Source: a virus (lineage: Duplodnaviria; Caudoviricetes). Taken from it: a DNA stretch of 47,596 bases. The stretch lies in the IMG/VR virus record IMGVR_UViG_3300020044_010107, positions 1 to 47,596 of that record; one strand, written 5' to 3'. The position numbers were made by a program, and so were the translations under genes. How positions within the stretch are numbered: position 1 is the first letter of the stretch; the number at the start of each line of letters is the position of its first letter. Of this stretch, positions 28,215 to 38,491 are shown piece by piece. The notes beneath the pieces were generated by a model, which was given only the letters and a program-made list of their open reading frames with translations, made no database searches and was not told where the DNA came from.

Positions 28215-28230
28215 TTGTTATCTGTTTCCG

Positions 28231-28602
28231 TTATGATAAATTGGATAGCTGCCTTATTATCCCATCCGGGCCCTCATCGTAGCCATTGGCAAATTCTCCA
28301 TTCATCTTGTAGTAAATCAAGTTGGCGAAATATGGCTTTAGCACTTCGGCCTTCCATCTCTCGAAATCAAAATCCAAATCAATCCATTTGCACTGAAGAG
28401 CATGAGGCGCGCCCGGGGTTATGAAACCTCCATGGCCCACGGATGGAATGGCGTAGTAGTCAGTGTTGAAAATAAAAACGTGAGGGTAAAGCCCTTTGCA
28501 AACCAAGGCTTTGAACCCAAAAGAACCAAAAGTGTAGCCTTCGTCATCGTCAATCTGCATGTGATCATCAATGACCTCTGGTTTCAAGTCTTCTTTACTC
28601 AT
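28231..28602 (-). CDS. Hypothetical protein
   Basis: 123 aa ORF. Confidence 0.6.
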   Translation of the reverse strand: MSKEDLKPEVIDDHMQIDDDEGYTFGSFGFKALVCKGLYPHVFIFNTDYYAIPSVGHGGFITPGAPHALQCKWIDLDFDFERWKAEVLKPYFANLIYYKMNGEFANGYDEGPDGIIRQLSNLS

Positions 28603-28605
28603 TTG

Positions 28606-28935
28606 TTATCTGTTTGCCCATTGTGAAACAAAAAATGCCGTGACCATCGAAACAGTCACGGACATAAAACCATAGTATGAAAAAATCTCCAAATTAGCCA
28701 GGTGTAGGATTATTGCAAGCCATCCAGCATGGCAGGTTGCACATTCAAATAAGGGTTTGGCCAAGGCACTTGAAATCACCAAATGCTTTGGGTTGCAATT
28801 GTCAAAGCATTTGAAATACAACCTTGGAAGAAATGAAAATATACCCAATGGGCATACCAAAATCTCTATCCAAAGGAACCCCCATAGGCCGACTACAACG
28901 GCCTGAATGATCAAGATTGTATACTGCTCTAACAT
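28606..28935 (-). CDS. Small membrane protein, DUF1360-like
   Basis: Hydrophobic helices with KPLFECATCHAGW (CxxC..W). Confidence 0.55.
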   Translation of the reverse strand: MLEQYTILIIQAVVVGLWGFLWIEILVCPLGIFSFLPRLYFKCFDNCNPKHLVISSALAKPLFECATCHAGWLAIILHLANLEIFSYYGFMSVTVSMVTAFFVSQWANR

Positions 28936-29603
28936 ACCGGATCAGCTTCAAGGATTTCAGAAATACATTCCTTTCCAACCTCAAATCTCACTTTCATGTC
29001 AATGGCGAAGAACTCGAACGGGTAGAGTAGATTTTCAGCAATTTGCGCGATGGTGTAGCGTCCAAAGATCAGTCGATCAGTGATTGGAGAACCAATGATT
29101 GTAACATCCAGGCGGGCATTGGTATAGTTCTCGTCATTCACCGGAATATTCCCGGTGCCAACCCCTTGACCTTTGTTGAGCTTCAATCTCTTGAGGATTG
29201 TGAGCATGGCCCGGTCGGATAGCCCAGGGTTTTCTTCGCCAAACTTTTTGAGGTTCAGCCAACATACCAACCGGATATTTCCTTCAAATACCCAAATCTT
29301 ACCCTTGATATCCTTTGAGCCCTGATACAAAAGCGGCGCCGTTTGTTCAAAGTAGATCACAGACTTGTAAGCCGATGACGGTAAAAGGTCGTAGTATCTG
29401 CCTTTCTCGTAGCAGGCTTTGCCCTCCAGGTCGTCGGTGATTGGGTAGAATTCAGACCCGATCTTCACCTGCCTACCTTCAAATGCATCCATGATGGGCC
29501 GCTCTGCCTGAATGGCCAGGCCTGCGACTCGTTCAGCCCAGGATATACCACCTGTTTCAGCTACAAGGTGGTTTTTGATTTGTGTAACTATGGTTTTTAT
29601 CAT
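28929..29603 (-). CDS. Putative tail terminator/completion protein
   Basis: Size and position after the virion morphogenesis gene. Confidence 0.45.
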   Translation of the reverse strand: MIKTIVTQIKNHLVAETGGISWAERVAGLAIQAERPIMDAFEGRQVKIGSEFYPITDDLEGKACYEKGRYYDLLPSSAYKSVIYFEQTAPLLYQGSKDIKGKIWVFEGNIRLVCWLNLKKFGEENPGLSDRAMLTILKRLKLNKGQGVGTGNIPVNDENYTNARLDVTIIGSPITDRLIFGRYTIAQIAENLLYPFEFFAIDMKVRFEVGKECISEILEADPVC

Positions 29604-30055
29604 TACAAGTATTTTTGAATTGCGTTGAAGTAGGTGTTTTTCAAAAACTCAATCTCCTTTTGGGTTGGGATCAGGATGTTGCCCCGGGGTTTGCCAAATG
29701 GTTTGGTTTTTTGCCAGTTCAGTTTATCCTGTTCAGTTTGGTTGCTTGCTTTGATCACTACTTCAGTGGTGCCTTCCAGTTGCCGCAATACAAAAGGTCG
29801 AATACTACCCAGCATCCGGCCCGTTACTGTAAAGTCAACCTTATCACTTTGCAGGCCCTTTACTTCGCGCCGTTTGGCGTACTGCTTTGAGTATGGCGTA
29901 AACGGCACCCCATCCGAATTCAAACCACTACGCTGAATTCTCAATCGTTCCAATCCGATCAGGTCCGTAGCAATGCCAAGGATGACCTGCACACGTTCGG
30001 AGGCCATCTGGTTGATACGGTATTCACGGTCACGAATAAAGAATTCAGCGTCCAT
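29603..30055 (-). CDS. Virion morphogenesis / tail completion protein
   Basis: GVPFTPYSKQYAKRR...DFTVTGRMLGSI motif typical of this family. Confidence 0.7.
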   Translation of the reverse strand: MDAEFFIRDREYRINQMASERVQVILGIATDLIGLERLRIQRSGLNSDGVPFTPYSKQYAKRREVKGLQSDKVDFTVTGRMLGSIRPFVLRQLEGTTEVVIKASNQTEQDKLNWQKTKPFGKPRGNILIPTQKEIEFLKNTYFNAIQKYL

Positions 30056-30335
30056 TGTTGGTTTATTAAGGTGGCTCCACAAAAGCGGGGCCACAGAAAA
30101 TTAACTATAATCCCATCGAAAAATGCTTGTGAAAATGGCAGCCCACCGTCATGGGCCACCGAATTAATCATAATCACTTTTCTTTATTGGCACCTGATCA
30201 GTACCCATCTTTATTTTTTGACTGAATTTCATTTTGCACAATCTGGTCAGCATCCCTCAGTTCACTCAAAATAATCCAGCCCCAAATCGGAAAACAAATG
30301 GTAACTCCAGCGATCCATCAACCCATTTTTTTGAT

Positions 30336-31484
30336 TTAAATGTCAACTACTCCAATGTTTTCCCCACAAGCCCCGCGTTGTGAGTAGTCCGACTGGAATC
30401 TGAGCACTCCCTTTGAGAAATACCCATCCTCCTGATCAGCCAGGGCGAATTCGGTTTCATTGACATTTGTGTACACCTTCCCTGTTTTCATGTCCGTGAT
30501 GGTCACGGAATCGTGCGCATTCAGATCAGAAAGAAGTTGAATGAACTGATCTGGTACGTTGATCAGGGTCAAGGCTTGTTTTAGTCTGGTTTGACTGAAT
30601 ACCGGAAAGCTTACACCGTTCCCGTTTTGCTCAAATTCTGCATTCCTGACTACCTCCGGAAACCCAAAGGAACCCTCCAGGTAAAGCTTTTGGTTCACGT
30701 CGGTTACTGAGTAGATCACACTTCCGTAGTCGGTGGAATTGTCAATCTCAATCAGAAAAAGGTCATTTACACCAGTGATTTTATCATTCAAGTATTCAAT
30801 CTGAGCGGTGCCCGCTGGATCGCCGTTGTCAAACTTAAGGGTGAAAATCCTTTCAAATACCACGTTGAAATTTGAGCGGGTGAGGTACTTTATTTTGTAC
30901 CAAGCTCCAAAGTCTGGGATGGGAATAGGCACATCCCAGGTTACGGTATCTCCTCCTGTGATTGTGGCGGCAACCACCGTGTGATCTCCAAGTCCATTGA
31001 TTTGGTACGATACTTTGGCATTGCTGATAATGGTGTTCACGGTATGGGTTGCAACAATCTCCATCTCCGAAACTCCCACAGTGCCAATGGCCAAATCAAA
31101 TGTTTCAGGCACTCCAATCACCCGAACGTTGATCACATCCGAGTAGTAATTTGTTGTGCCGACCTGGACAATGATATAATAGTTTCCGCATTCCAGTATT
31201 TCGTCAATGTCTTCACCCGTGAAGTAGTACCAAGCCTTCGCATCGCTGCCAAGTCGTTTCCTTTTGATCAACGTCGTATCTAAATCAATCATGTAGCCGC
31301 TGACCACGTTGACCAACTGGAATTTATTCACAGTATCGGGAGCCTCATCAACCCAAAACTGAAATGGGAGCAAGTACACGTTTGATGCAATTATTCTGCA
31401 CCCTTCATCATTCAAGTATCGGGTTTGATACTTTGTGCTGACAAAAAACGGTAATGCGCAGCCTGTGTTGATTTGTCCGATCAT
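30336..31484 (-). CDS. Putative tail structural protein
   Basis: 382 aa beta-rich ORF in the structural region. Confidence 0.5.
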   Translation of the reverse strand: MIGQINTGCALPFFVSTKYQTRYLNDEGCRIIASNVYLLPFQFWVDEAPDTVNKFQLVNVVSGYMIDLDTTLIKRKRLGSDAKAWYYFTGEDIDEILECGNYYIIVQVGTTNYYSDVINVRVIGVPETFDLAIGTVGVSEMEIVATHTVNTIISNAKVSYQINGLGDHTVVAATITGGDTVTWDVPIPIPDFGAWYKIKYLTRSNFNVVFERIFTLKFDNGDPAGTAQIEYLNDKITGVNDLFLIEIDNSTDYGSVIYSVTDVNQKLYLEGSFGFPEVVRNAEFEQNGNGVSFPVFSQTRLKQALTLINVPDQFIQLLSDLNAHDSVTITDMKTGKVYTNVNETEFALADQEDGYFSKGVLRFQSDYSQRGACGENIGVVDI

Positions 31485-31993
31485 ACAAATTGTTCAGATA
31501 CTCTCCAAAAAACTGGTTCCTTGAATCGCTTTGTCTCTGGATCGTAAAGCTTAATCAGGATGTCGTATAGCCTGAAATACGCTGGTCGGGATGATGTCAG
31601 GACTCCAAAGAAATTCTTTTTTGCTGGATTGTAGTCAACCCGAATGGCGGTCAATGGGCAACCGTCAGTATCTTCTACAAAGTTCCCCATATGCGCACGG
31701 ACGTTGCCATGACGGCCAGCTCGATCTTCACCGAATTTGTCCACAATGGCCACGGCAAATTCGTGCCCGAATTCCTCATGGTATTTTTCATAAAACCGCC
31801 CGTACTGGATCGGCTGAACCTCGTACATGTTTGGGTCAATTCGGGTAACTCCTTTTTCTTTTACCTCCCTATACCCATCCTCAAGTAGCTCGCATACCCA
31901 AACAATACGCTCTTCGACTTTTGGGTCATGCATGAGTAAAACCCCTCTGGTGGAGTTTCTGGTTTGCTGAATTCTTATGTGGTGTAGGATCAT
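31481..31993 (-). CDS. DUF5675-like protein, putative endolysin
   Basis: STRGVL...CELLED...TRID...HMGNFVEDTDGCPL...SRPAY pattern. Confidence 0.7.
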   Translation of the reverse strand: MILHHIRIQQTRNSTRGVLLMHDPKVEERIVWVCELLEDGYREVKEKGVTRIDPNMYEVQPIQYGRFYEKYHEEFGHEFAVAIVDKFGEDRAGRHGNVRAHMGNFVEDTDGCPLTAIRVDYNPAKKNFFGVLTSSRPAYFRLYDILIKLYDPETKRFKEPVFWRVSEQFV

Positions 31994-32385
31994 TACTTGA
32001 TTATTGTGCTGATGAATTCCAAGTCCCCTTTGGCTGTGATCTTGTAGGCTTTATCTCCATCTATGTGGACATTGCCGTTGAATTTGGCAATCGCATCTCT
32101 TGATGCTCTTTCAGCTTCCTTGTGATTGGATTCCATATCCCTGATGTGGTCATACAGTTCACTGCAATTCTTCCTGACCGATAGCAGCAAACTAAAGGGC
32201 TGCGGAAAGCAATTCTCTTCAATGCAATCTTCGTATGCATCATCATCTGGATCAACTTCAAAGTAACCCTCATTGATCAGCGAATCGGGAACCCAAGGCG
32301 TTTCACTGCCGAAAAAGATAATCTTGATTAGTTTTTGAGTCTGTTCCGAATACACCGAAATTGAACTCATTTTGATTTTTTCCAT
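31993..32385 (-). CDS. Hypothetical protein
   Basis: ORF coupled to both neighbours. Confidence 0.55.
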   Translation of the reverse strand: MEKIKMSSISVYSEQTQKLIKIIFFGSETPWVPDSLINEGYFEVDPDDDAYEDCIEENCFPQPFSLLLSVRKNCSELYDHIRDMESNHKEAERASRDAIAKFNGNVHIDGDKAYKITAKGDLEFISTIIK

Positions 32386-34121
32386 TAGTGTGTCAGTGTT
32401 ACGGTTAACAAACATTTCCTAGTAGAATACTCCAGCTTTTCCGGTGCACCCCAACCTAATTCAGATTGGATGTTGTCTTCAGGTATCGTGTCGAAGTAGT
32501 CAGAGGTAGACAATGGAACCTTCAAGGGCTCCTGCTGCTTCAGTTTTTGAATAGAGAAAAAAGCTGTTGTTGATCCGTTCATTTGGCCGGATGCGAATGG
32601 TCGGCCAAACCTCCAGTATGCAGATTGCAGGTTGGCCCATGCCAAATGGCCATTCACCCACCGAGTACTACTCAAAACCCCTGTTTCTTGAATGAAGTAG
32701 TACTTACCTGAGTAGTAGGCCAAGTTGGCCAAAGTAAACCCCTGGTCACCGACCAATTCAGGCATCCGTTGCATGGTCTGGATGTCTGTGTAGAATGGCC
32801 CAGGGTTGTGGTCAACTGGTGACAATTCAGGATCCGCGCAACCATCATCGTAAGTGATCGGCAAACCTGCAAAATCCCTTATTTGGGTTTCGTAGGCCCA
32901 GCGGAATTTTTCAATGGCTGCCAATTTGCTTTCCTTCCAGGTGAAGTTGTTGAGGTTGTTGATCTGCACAGGGGCATCCATAGTGAGGTCAAGCCCATTG
33001 TTTGCCTCAAAGTAGCTGATGTGCTCAAGGCGTAGGTTGTCGCCCTCTACACGCCAATAGATTTGGAATACTTCCCGTAGCATTTCCAATAGCTCTTTGA
33101 AAGAAACCTCCCCCCTACTTGCGTTCTCAAAAGCCCCGGGCCGTTTCACGTCGGAGTTCTGGAAAATTGCCAGGTAGTGAAGGTTTGGATTGGCGGCAGT
33201 GTATGAGCTGTTCGTTGGGGCCGTCATGTCAGGGTTGATATTCAGGAAATCTGAAACAACCTGTGTTAGCCCGGCCTCCAACACAAAATAGTTGAGCAAG
33301 TCAGCAACCAACACACCATTATCGACGGGCTGCTGGTCTCCTGTTTCGGTATTAAGCCCTACCACGTTGTAGTACTGCAATAATTTCCCATCTTCAGGGT
33401 CGAAGTCGGATTTGTTGTTGTCCAATATCGTGACAACTGTTCTAGCATAACCACCCGTTACCGCCACCCATCCCGATCCAGGGGGAAGACTCCCAGCGAC
33501 AAACTCCCGGCAGTAACGAGTGATTATGTTCAACTGTGCTTCATAGAGTGGGGGTGAGGTGGAGACTTGAACTACTCCGTTTACCTCGTTGCGGGTTATG
33601 GTCCAGCCCTGCGCAGCCAAAAGAGGCGTATCGCACTGAGCGGTTGGAAGTGATGACAACGGGAAATCAGGAGGTGAGGCCACAGCTGTATCAACGCACT
33701 CTTCGCACTCAATTTCCCCAATGAAAGGGTAAGCGGTGATGGTTGAAGCTGCTGAAAAAACATTGGCCTTCAATTCCCACATTGACAAAACCCGTGAAGC
33801 TGGGTCTTTTGGTTCAACTGGAATTTCCAACTTGCAAATCCGGTCTTGCCAGTCTCCCTTTCTAAGATTGAGTACCCCTAACCACCTTTCAGTTGATTGG
33901 TGCAGGATGCTCAATTCGTAGTTCTCGCAGTCGTTTAAATCCAAAAATCCTTTGAGGGTATTGTAATCATCGGCAATAAAAATCAAATCGTTGATCTTGC
34001 GCCGAAAAAAGACCTGGTCATTCTCCTTGGTATCTGTAAAAATGATGCCACTGTTCACAGGTGTTACCGTGTAAACATTGGATGATTCATCAGTGATACG
34101 GAAAACCAAACTCATGTTCAA
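32385..34121 (-). CDS. Putative tail tip/baseplate protein
   Basis: 578 aa; SFKELLEMLREVFQIYWRVEGDNLRLEHISYF resembles tail hub segments. Confidence 0.55.
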   Translation of the reverse strand: MNMSLVFRITDESSNVYTVTPVNSGIIFTDTKENDQVFFRRKINDLIFIADDYNTLKGFLDLNDCENYELSILHQSTERWLGVLNLRKGDWQDRICKLEIPVEPKDPASRVLSMWELKANVFSAASTITAYPFIGEIECEECVDTAVASPPDFPLSSLPTAQCDTPLLAAQGWTITRNEVNGVVQVSTSPPLYEAQLNIITRYCREFVAGSLPPGSGWVAVTGGYARTVVTILDNNKSDFDPEDGKLLQYYNVVGLNTETGDQQPVDNGVLVADLLNYFVLEAGLTQVVSDFLNINPDMTAPTNSSYTAANPNLHYLAIFQNSDVKRPGAFENASRGEVSFKELLEMLREVFQIYWRVEGDNLRLEHISYFEANNGLDLTMDAPVQINNLNNFTWKESKLAAIEKFRWAYETQIRDFAGLPITYDDGCADPELSPVDHNPGPFYTDIQTMQRMPELVGDQGFTLANLAYYSGKYYFIQETGVLSSTRWVNGHLAWANLQSAYWRFGRPFASGQMNGSTTAFFSIQKLKQQEPLKVPLSTSDYFDTIPEDNIQSELGWGAPEKLEYSTRKCLLTVTLTH

Positions 34122-34225
34122 TATTTAATGCAAAATATGCTTTTTATAGCATAAAATGTATATTTTTGACCCGATAACCATTTTTTTAATTAAGAACGGT
34201 TAAGTCACTTAGGGTAAATAATTTC

Positions 34226-34256
34226 AAGGGTCGGTGTCAAAACTGACCCTTTTTTA
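34226..34256 (+). terminator. Intrinsic terminator oriented for a plus-strand transcript
   Basis: AAGGGTCGGT-GTCAAA-ACTGACCCTT-TTTT. Confidence 0.65.
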
Positions 34257-34257
34257 T

Positions 34258-34479
34258 TTACGATTGATTGGAAAAGTCGTAAAGATAGTAGGCAGATTTA
34301 GTGACAATTGATAGCTTTATCGCAGACGGAACACATCCATCTTTAAATAAGCCCTTTTTAACTGCATCCGTTTTTGTAATCAATCCATTTGGAACTTTAT
34401 TCCAGTGGATATAAACTTCAAGCTTGTGCTTTCTTTCAAGCTCCGCTTTTGGCCCATACTCTAGTTTTGGTACTTCCAT
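34258..34479 (-). CDS. Small hypothetical protein
   Basis: 73 aa ORF. Confidence 0.5.
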   Translation of the reverse strand: MEVPKLEYGPKAELERKHKLEVYIHWNKVPNGLITKTDAVKKGLFKDGCVPSAIKLSIVTKSAYYLYDFSNQS

Positions 34480-34490
34480 TTTATTTTTTT

Positions 34491-35363
34491 TTAAAAGTCA
34501 CCTCTTTTTATTGCCTCAGCGGTCATGTCACTCACCCAAGAAAGAACGTGCCTGCAATTGTACCCGCCACAATCCACAAAGATGTTGTGGTTTGGTTTCT
34601 TCCCTTGGAATTCGGTTTCCTGCATGTCAAGCAGCTCCTTTTCAGAAAAAACTTTATTGGTGTTCTTCTCGCACAGCGGTCGACTTTCCGCTATTACGGT
34701 GCCTGACCATATCGCATTGGTGAATCCAAGCTCCTGACGGTAAAGGTTGGCCGTGGCCCGGTCGATCTGCATGTAAAAGTCGTGGGTGAATGTCCGAAAA
34801 TACCTATCCAAGTAACCAATCCCGTTTGGATTCACAAAAACCTTTCTGAACTTCTTGGTGAATTCGTCCGGTGTCATGCCCTGGCCAATGGCATCACCCA
34901 ACTGTCGGCCCAATTCCCGTCCTAATCCATGGTCTTTGACCAAACCATCCAACCAACCCCCCACAATCAACTCATCTTTGTTGATGTCAAACCCAAGGCG
35001 GCGCAAGATCAGGTTCATTGCTTTTACCTCGATGCTTTCAGGAGCCCCGGCAGTATCATTGTAAAACTCACCCCCAGCCCCTACAACATCCTTGATCTTA
35101 CCAACAATGATACGGATGAGGTCGGAGAACTGAACCGAAAGCCAGCGATTGAAAAACGAACCCACTGCAATGGCTGTATTGGTGTTGTTGATGTTGTCTT
35201 TCCACTTACCATTGTCTCCAACTACCAATCTACCTGCAAACTCAATTGCTTTTGCAAAGGCTACCGCCTGCAAAGCCCTTACCAATATGCTGGTTTCTTT
35301 GGCAGCGTCGGAGGAGACTTTGCCCCGGCGTTCGATTTTGCGTTTGAGGTCTTTGGGTTCCAT
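34491..35363 (-). CDS. Minor head / head morphogenesis protein (SPP1 gp7/MuF-like)
   Basis: Follows the portal; WSGT...SRPLC...GGYNCRH motif. Confidence 0.75.
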   Translation of the reverse strand: MEPKDLKRKIERRGKVSSDAAKETSILVRALQAVAFAKAIEFAGRLVVGDNGKWKDNINNTNTAIAVGSFFNRWLSVQFSDLIRIIVGKIKDVVGAGGEFYNDTAGAPESIEVKAMNLILRRLGFDINKDELIVGGWLDGLVKDHGLGRELGRQLGDAIGQGMTPDEFTKKFRKVFVNPNGIGYLDRYFRTFTHDFYMQIDRATANLYRQELGFTNAIWSGTVIAESRPLCEKNTNKVFSEKELLDMQETEFQGKKPNHNIFVDCGGYNCRHVLSWVSDMTAEAIKRGDF

Positions 35364-35364
35364 A

Positions 35365-37161
35365 CTACGCAAAGTTTGGTTGTATTGGCTCCTGAACCTC
35401 CAAATACTTGATCTTCCCTTCAATCTCAGTCAGTATAGCCTGAATCATTTCACGCTGACCTTCCATTTTGGCAGCCGTGAAATTACCTCCATGCTTTTCA
35501 ATGATCATCCGGTAAACCTTATCGGAGTTCTCCCAAAGCAATCGGTCAAAGTCGGATTTGTCACGCTCGGAAACGATCCTGGCAGCCGTGGACTCTGATT
35601 TGTCTTTGAATGGTAGGTGGTTTCTGAATGCGCGGTACAAGGCAACCCCCATCGGATCATCTACCCGTTTTTTAGATAGGATTTGATCCTCGATGGCCTC
35701 AAGGATTGGATAAGCAAGGCCTCTTGTTTTAGCATCCCCATAGTCCTTCATTAATTCACCCGCTGATTGCAATTTATGGTCTTTGGGGAATGAATGCTCA
35801 ACTGCAAAGTCATCCGTCCAGGCTTCCAGGTATTGCACAGATACCCGAACGTACTTGCGCCAGTTGTCGGAAATGACTTTGGCATAAGGTGTAAGTTTCT
35901 GTTGGATGCTTTCATAGTCAATGTGCTCACCCGTGGCCGTGGCATCGCCCGTGGGCTTATCCATCAACTGCGTATTGAATGTGAGCCAATACACCGACTT
36001 TTCAAGCATGGCCAATCTTTCGTCAGCGTACTTTGGTAGCCATTCCGGTGGAAGGTGCCAGTAGATCAACTTGGATAGGTCGGGTAGTTCGGTTCCCTCT
36101 TCAGGCATTCCTATCATTACTACATCCTGTTCGGAGATGTGAATGTTTTTCCCGGTCCCTTTGCAGGACGGGCAAGGTTTATCCCCTAATTGGCCACTGT
36201 CACACCTCAAGCTCGAATCCTCATCGTAATACTCGCAAGTTGGGGCCAAATGGAATTCTCGCGGGAAGTAGTGCTCCACGATGTTGCAATCGTGCATACT
36301 CTTCAGGCGAATTCCCATTTCAAGATCAAGGATCGCTTCCCAGTATGGGGGAATAAAAGTCTCGTTTTTGGTCTTTGGGTCAAGGTAGGCACCCACCCGC
36401 ATAACTGGAGTTTCAACGGTTCCGGTCACGAACTGCTGAACTCCGAACGTGCGGACCTCTGAGCCGACTTTGATCTGAGCGAGTCGTTGGGTCCCCTCTG
36501 GAATTGTTTCGTGGTACTCGATGTAAGCAATGGCCGTGCCCGGGGCGTACATGTAGAACTTTGAAATGTCCTTTTTTTGGCTCGGGTCGCTTACCAATAC
36601 TTCAAAGTCTTTAAATTCGGCTACAAACCAGATTACTTTCCCTTGCTGGATTTTGTAGTTGACCGCCTGAATGGAAGTAACCTCCAGTGGGTAAATTTGA
36701 ACGTCCTTGACCGCGTTCTCATCATCCCGTTCCCGGCGCTCTTCGCACACGACAAAGGCATTTGGGTCGTAGAAATTGTAAAATAGTTCAATGTCGTACA
36801 GGTAGTCAATCAACCGCTGATTCTCCCAGGTATTCCTTAGAGCATTATCAAGCATACGTTCTTTCAAGTCCGTCAGCTTGCTCCAACGCTTCACCGCCTC
36901 AGAGTCAAGGAACCGGATTTTCTCAAAGACGTTTTTCACTGGAGATAAAAAGCCCCGGGTCGGAGACAAGAACAGCTTTTCACGTTGCTCTATCTGTTCC
37001 TTGGTTTCTTCACTCCTGAATTTACGGAGGGCGCTTTGCTGCTTTTCCCCGGTCATCATGGAATAGCACATGTCGGCTACTTCAATCGTGTATTTGTAGT
37101 GCTCGTGCCGTTCCCCTTGGATGGTCTTTTCAATTATTGGTACTGCCTGTTCAGGTGTCAT
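35365..37161 (-). CDS. Portal protein
   Basis: 598 aa directly after terL; helical; contains a CPSCKGTG insert. Confidence 0.75.
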   Translation of the reverse strand: MTPEQAVPIIEKTIQGERHEHYKYTIEVADMCYSMMTGEKQQSALRKFRSEETKEQIEQREKLFLSPTRGFLSPVKNVFEKIRFLDSEAVKRWSKLTDLKERMLDNALRNTWENQRLIDYLYDIELFYNFYDPNAFVVCEERRERDDENAVKDVQIYPLEVTSIQAVNYKIQQGKVIWFVAEFKDFEVLVSDPSQKKDISKFYMYAPGTAIAYIEYHETIPEGTQRLAQIKVGSEVRTFGVQQFVTGTVETPVMRVGAYLDPKTKNETFIPPYWEAILDLEMGIRLKSMHDCNIVEHYFPREFHLAPTCEYYDEDSSLRCDSGQLGDKPCPSCKGTGKNIHISEQDVVMIGMPEEGTELPDLSKLIYWHLPPEWLPKYADERLAMLEKSVYWLTFNTQLMDKPTGDATATGEHIDYESIQQKLTPYAKVISDNWRKYVRVSVQYLEAWTDDFAVEHSFPKDHKLQSAGELMKDYGDAKTRGLAYPILEAIEDQILSKKRVDDPMGVALYRAFRNHLPFKDKSESTAARIVSERDKSDFDRLLWENSDKVYRMIIEKHGGNFTAAKMEGQREMIQAILTEIEGKIKYLEVQEPIQPNFA

Positions 37162-37162
37162 G

Positions 37163-38491
37163 TCAGTTTGCGTTTAGGACTTTTAAGTTCTCTTTCCTTG
37201 GAAGTTCAAAAACCATTCTCATCATCAGTGCATCTGCAAAGTCTGGACTAAATCCAAGAATAAGCCTCAGAGCATCCTTCTTGGTTACTCCAATTTTACC
37301 ATCCTTGTCAGTTCCATCCTTTCTGATGTTTTCAAGCTCAAGCATAATCTGCTCTTTGTGCTCATGCGTCTTTATCCAGATTTTGTTATCATTCATGTAC
37401 TTTGAAAGCAAGTAGAAACACTGAGCCTTCAAATTTGTATAGTTGATCTTATCTTTACCAACTTGAATAGGCGACGATCCATTATTGAAGCTAATCGCAG
37501 TCTTTAGATACCCCTTCAAGTAAGCCCCCACCCCATCCGCATCAAATACAATATTTCTTCTTGGTACCCTGTGTGTAGTGGCTTTTGACTTAATAAACCT
37601 CTCAGCCTTCTCTGCGTCGCATTTGTCAATAGAATAGATATGCGCAGCAATCAACCCATCCCAAACAACCAAAACAAACCTATCCGATCCGTGAAGGGCA
37701 ATGTCTGCGCTGATGTACTTTTGAGCGCTTGGTTCTACAAAGTTGTTGGTAAAAGCGTCTTCCAAAACATTTTCTGGAAACAGTACGGTATCATCTGCAA
37801 CGCCCTCAGCTAAGTAAAGCGCTGTGAAGATTGACAATGGTAAATCCTCCCTGGCCTGCTCAATTTCTGATTCTTCGAGTATGCCAGCAGCCACGGCATC
37901 ATAAGCACTCACCTTGAAGTATGCGTATTCACTATTTGGCTTCAGCGCTTTTTTGCTCAACTTGTGCCCCCATCCTGTCGATCCAGTGTAGTTACCAATG
38001 AATTTAGCAGGGCCCTTTGTAAATGTAAGGGTTGAACGTATGGCAGCCCAAGCATCAGACTTTGCCCTGGTGAACTCATCAAAGACTACTGCATACACGT
38101 CTTCTCCATAAAGCGAGTCTGGTTTATCGGCTGATTTAAACCAGATTATTGAACCAAGCGGCGTTGTGATAGTGAGTTCGGTAAGGTTGAACTTGTAAAG
38201 CTTCCCGCCAACTTTTTCCAATCTTCGCTTGAGTCGATTGAATGCTATTTTGGATTGACTAAATACTGGAGCAACCCACCAAAAATTCATACCTGGCTTT
38301 ATCGCGTTGTAGTACCATTTTTTGTTTTTGCCGTGGGATATTTCGTAAATCCAATAGATGTGAGAAAATGTCTTGCCCGTCTTTGTACTTGCTTCGACAA
38401 CCGTAAATCTCTTCTCACAGTACAAAAAGTCCTTTTGATACTGTGGCAACCGTGGCCGCTTGAGTGTTATGGTTGTACTATTCGCTGTCAT
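37163..38491 (-). CDS. terL: Terminase large subunit
   Basis: Walker A ASTKTGKT, Walker B VVFDE, nuclease ADIA...DADGVG...SPDFADALM. Confidence 0.93.
   Translation of the reverse strand: MTANSTTITLKRPRLPQYQKDFLYCEKRFTVVEASTKTGKTFSHIYWIYEISHGKNKKWYYNAIKPGMNFWWVAPVFSQSKIAFNRLKRRLEKVGGKLYKFNLTELTITTPLGSIIWFKSADKPDSLYGEDVYAVVFDEFTRAKSDAWAAIRSTLTFTKGPAKFIGNYTGSTGWGHKLSKKALKPNSEYAYFKVSAYDAVAAGILEESEIEQAREDLPLSIFTALYLAEGVADDTVLFPENVLEDAFTNNFVEPSAQKYISADIALHGSDRFVLVVWDGLIAAHIYSIDKCDAEKAERFIKSKATTHRVPRRNIVFDADGVGAYLKGYLKTAISFNNGSSPIQVGKDKINYTNLKAQCFYLLSKYMNDNKIWIKTHEHKEQIMLELENIRKDGTDKDGKIGVTKKDALRLILGFSPDFADALMMRMVFELPRKENLKVLNAN

Noticed and set aside
30318-30320. Alternative genetic code (TGA recoding)
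   Set aside because: A single case; other genes are uninterrupted under code 11 and several end in TGA.
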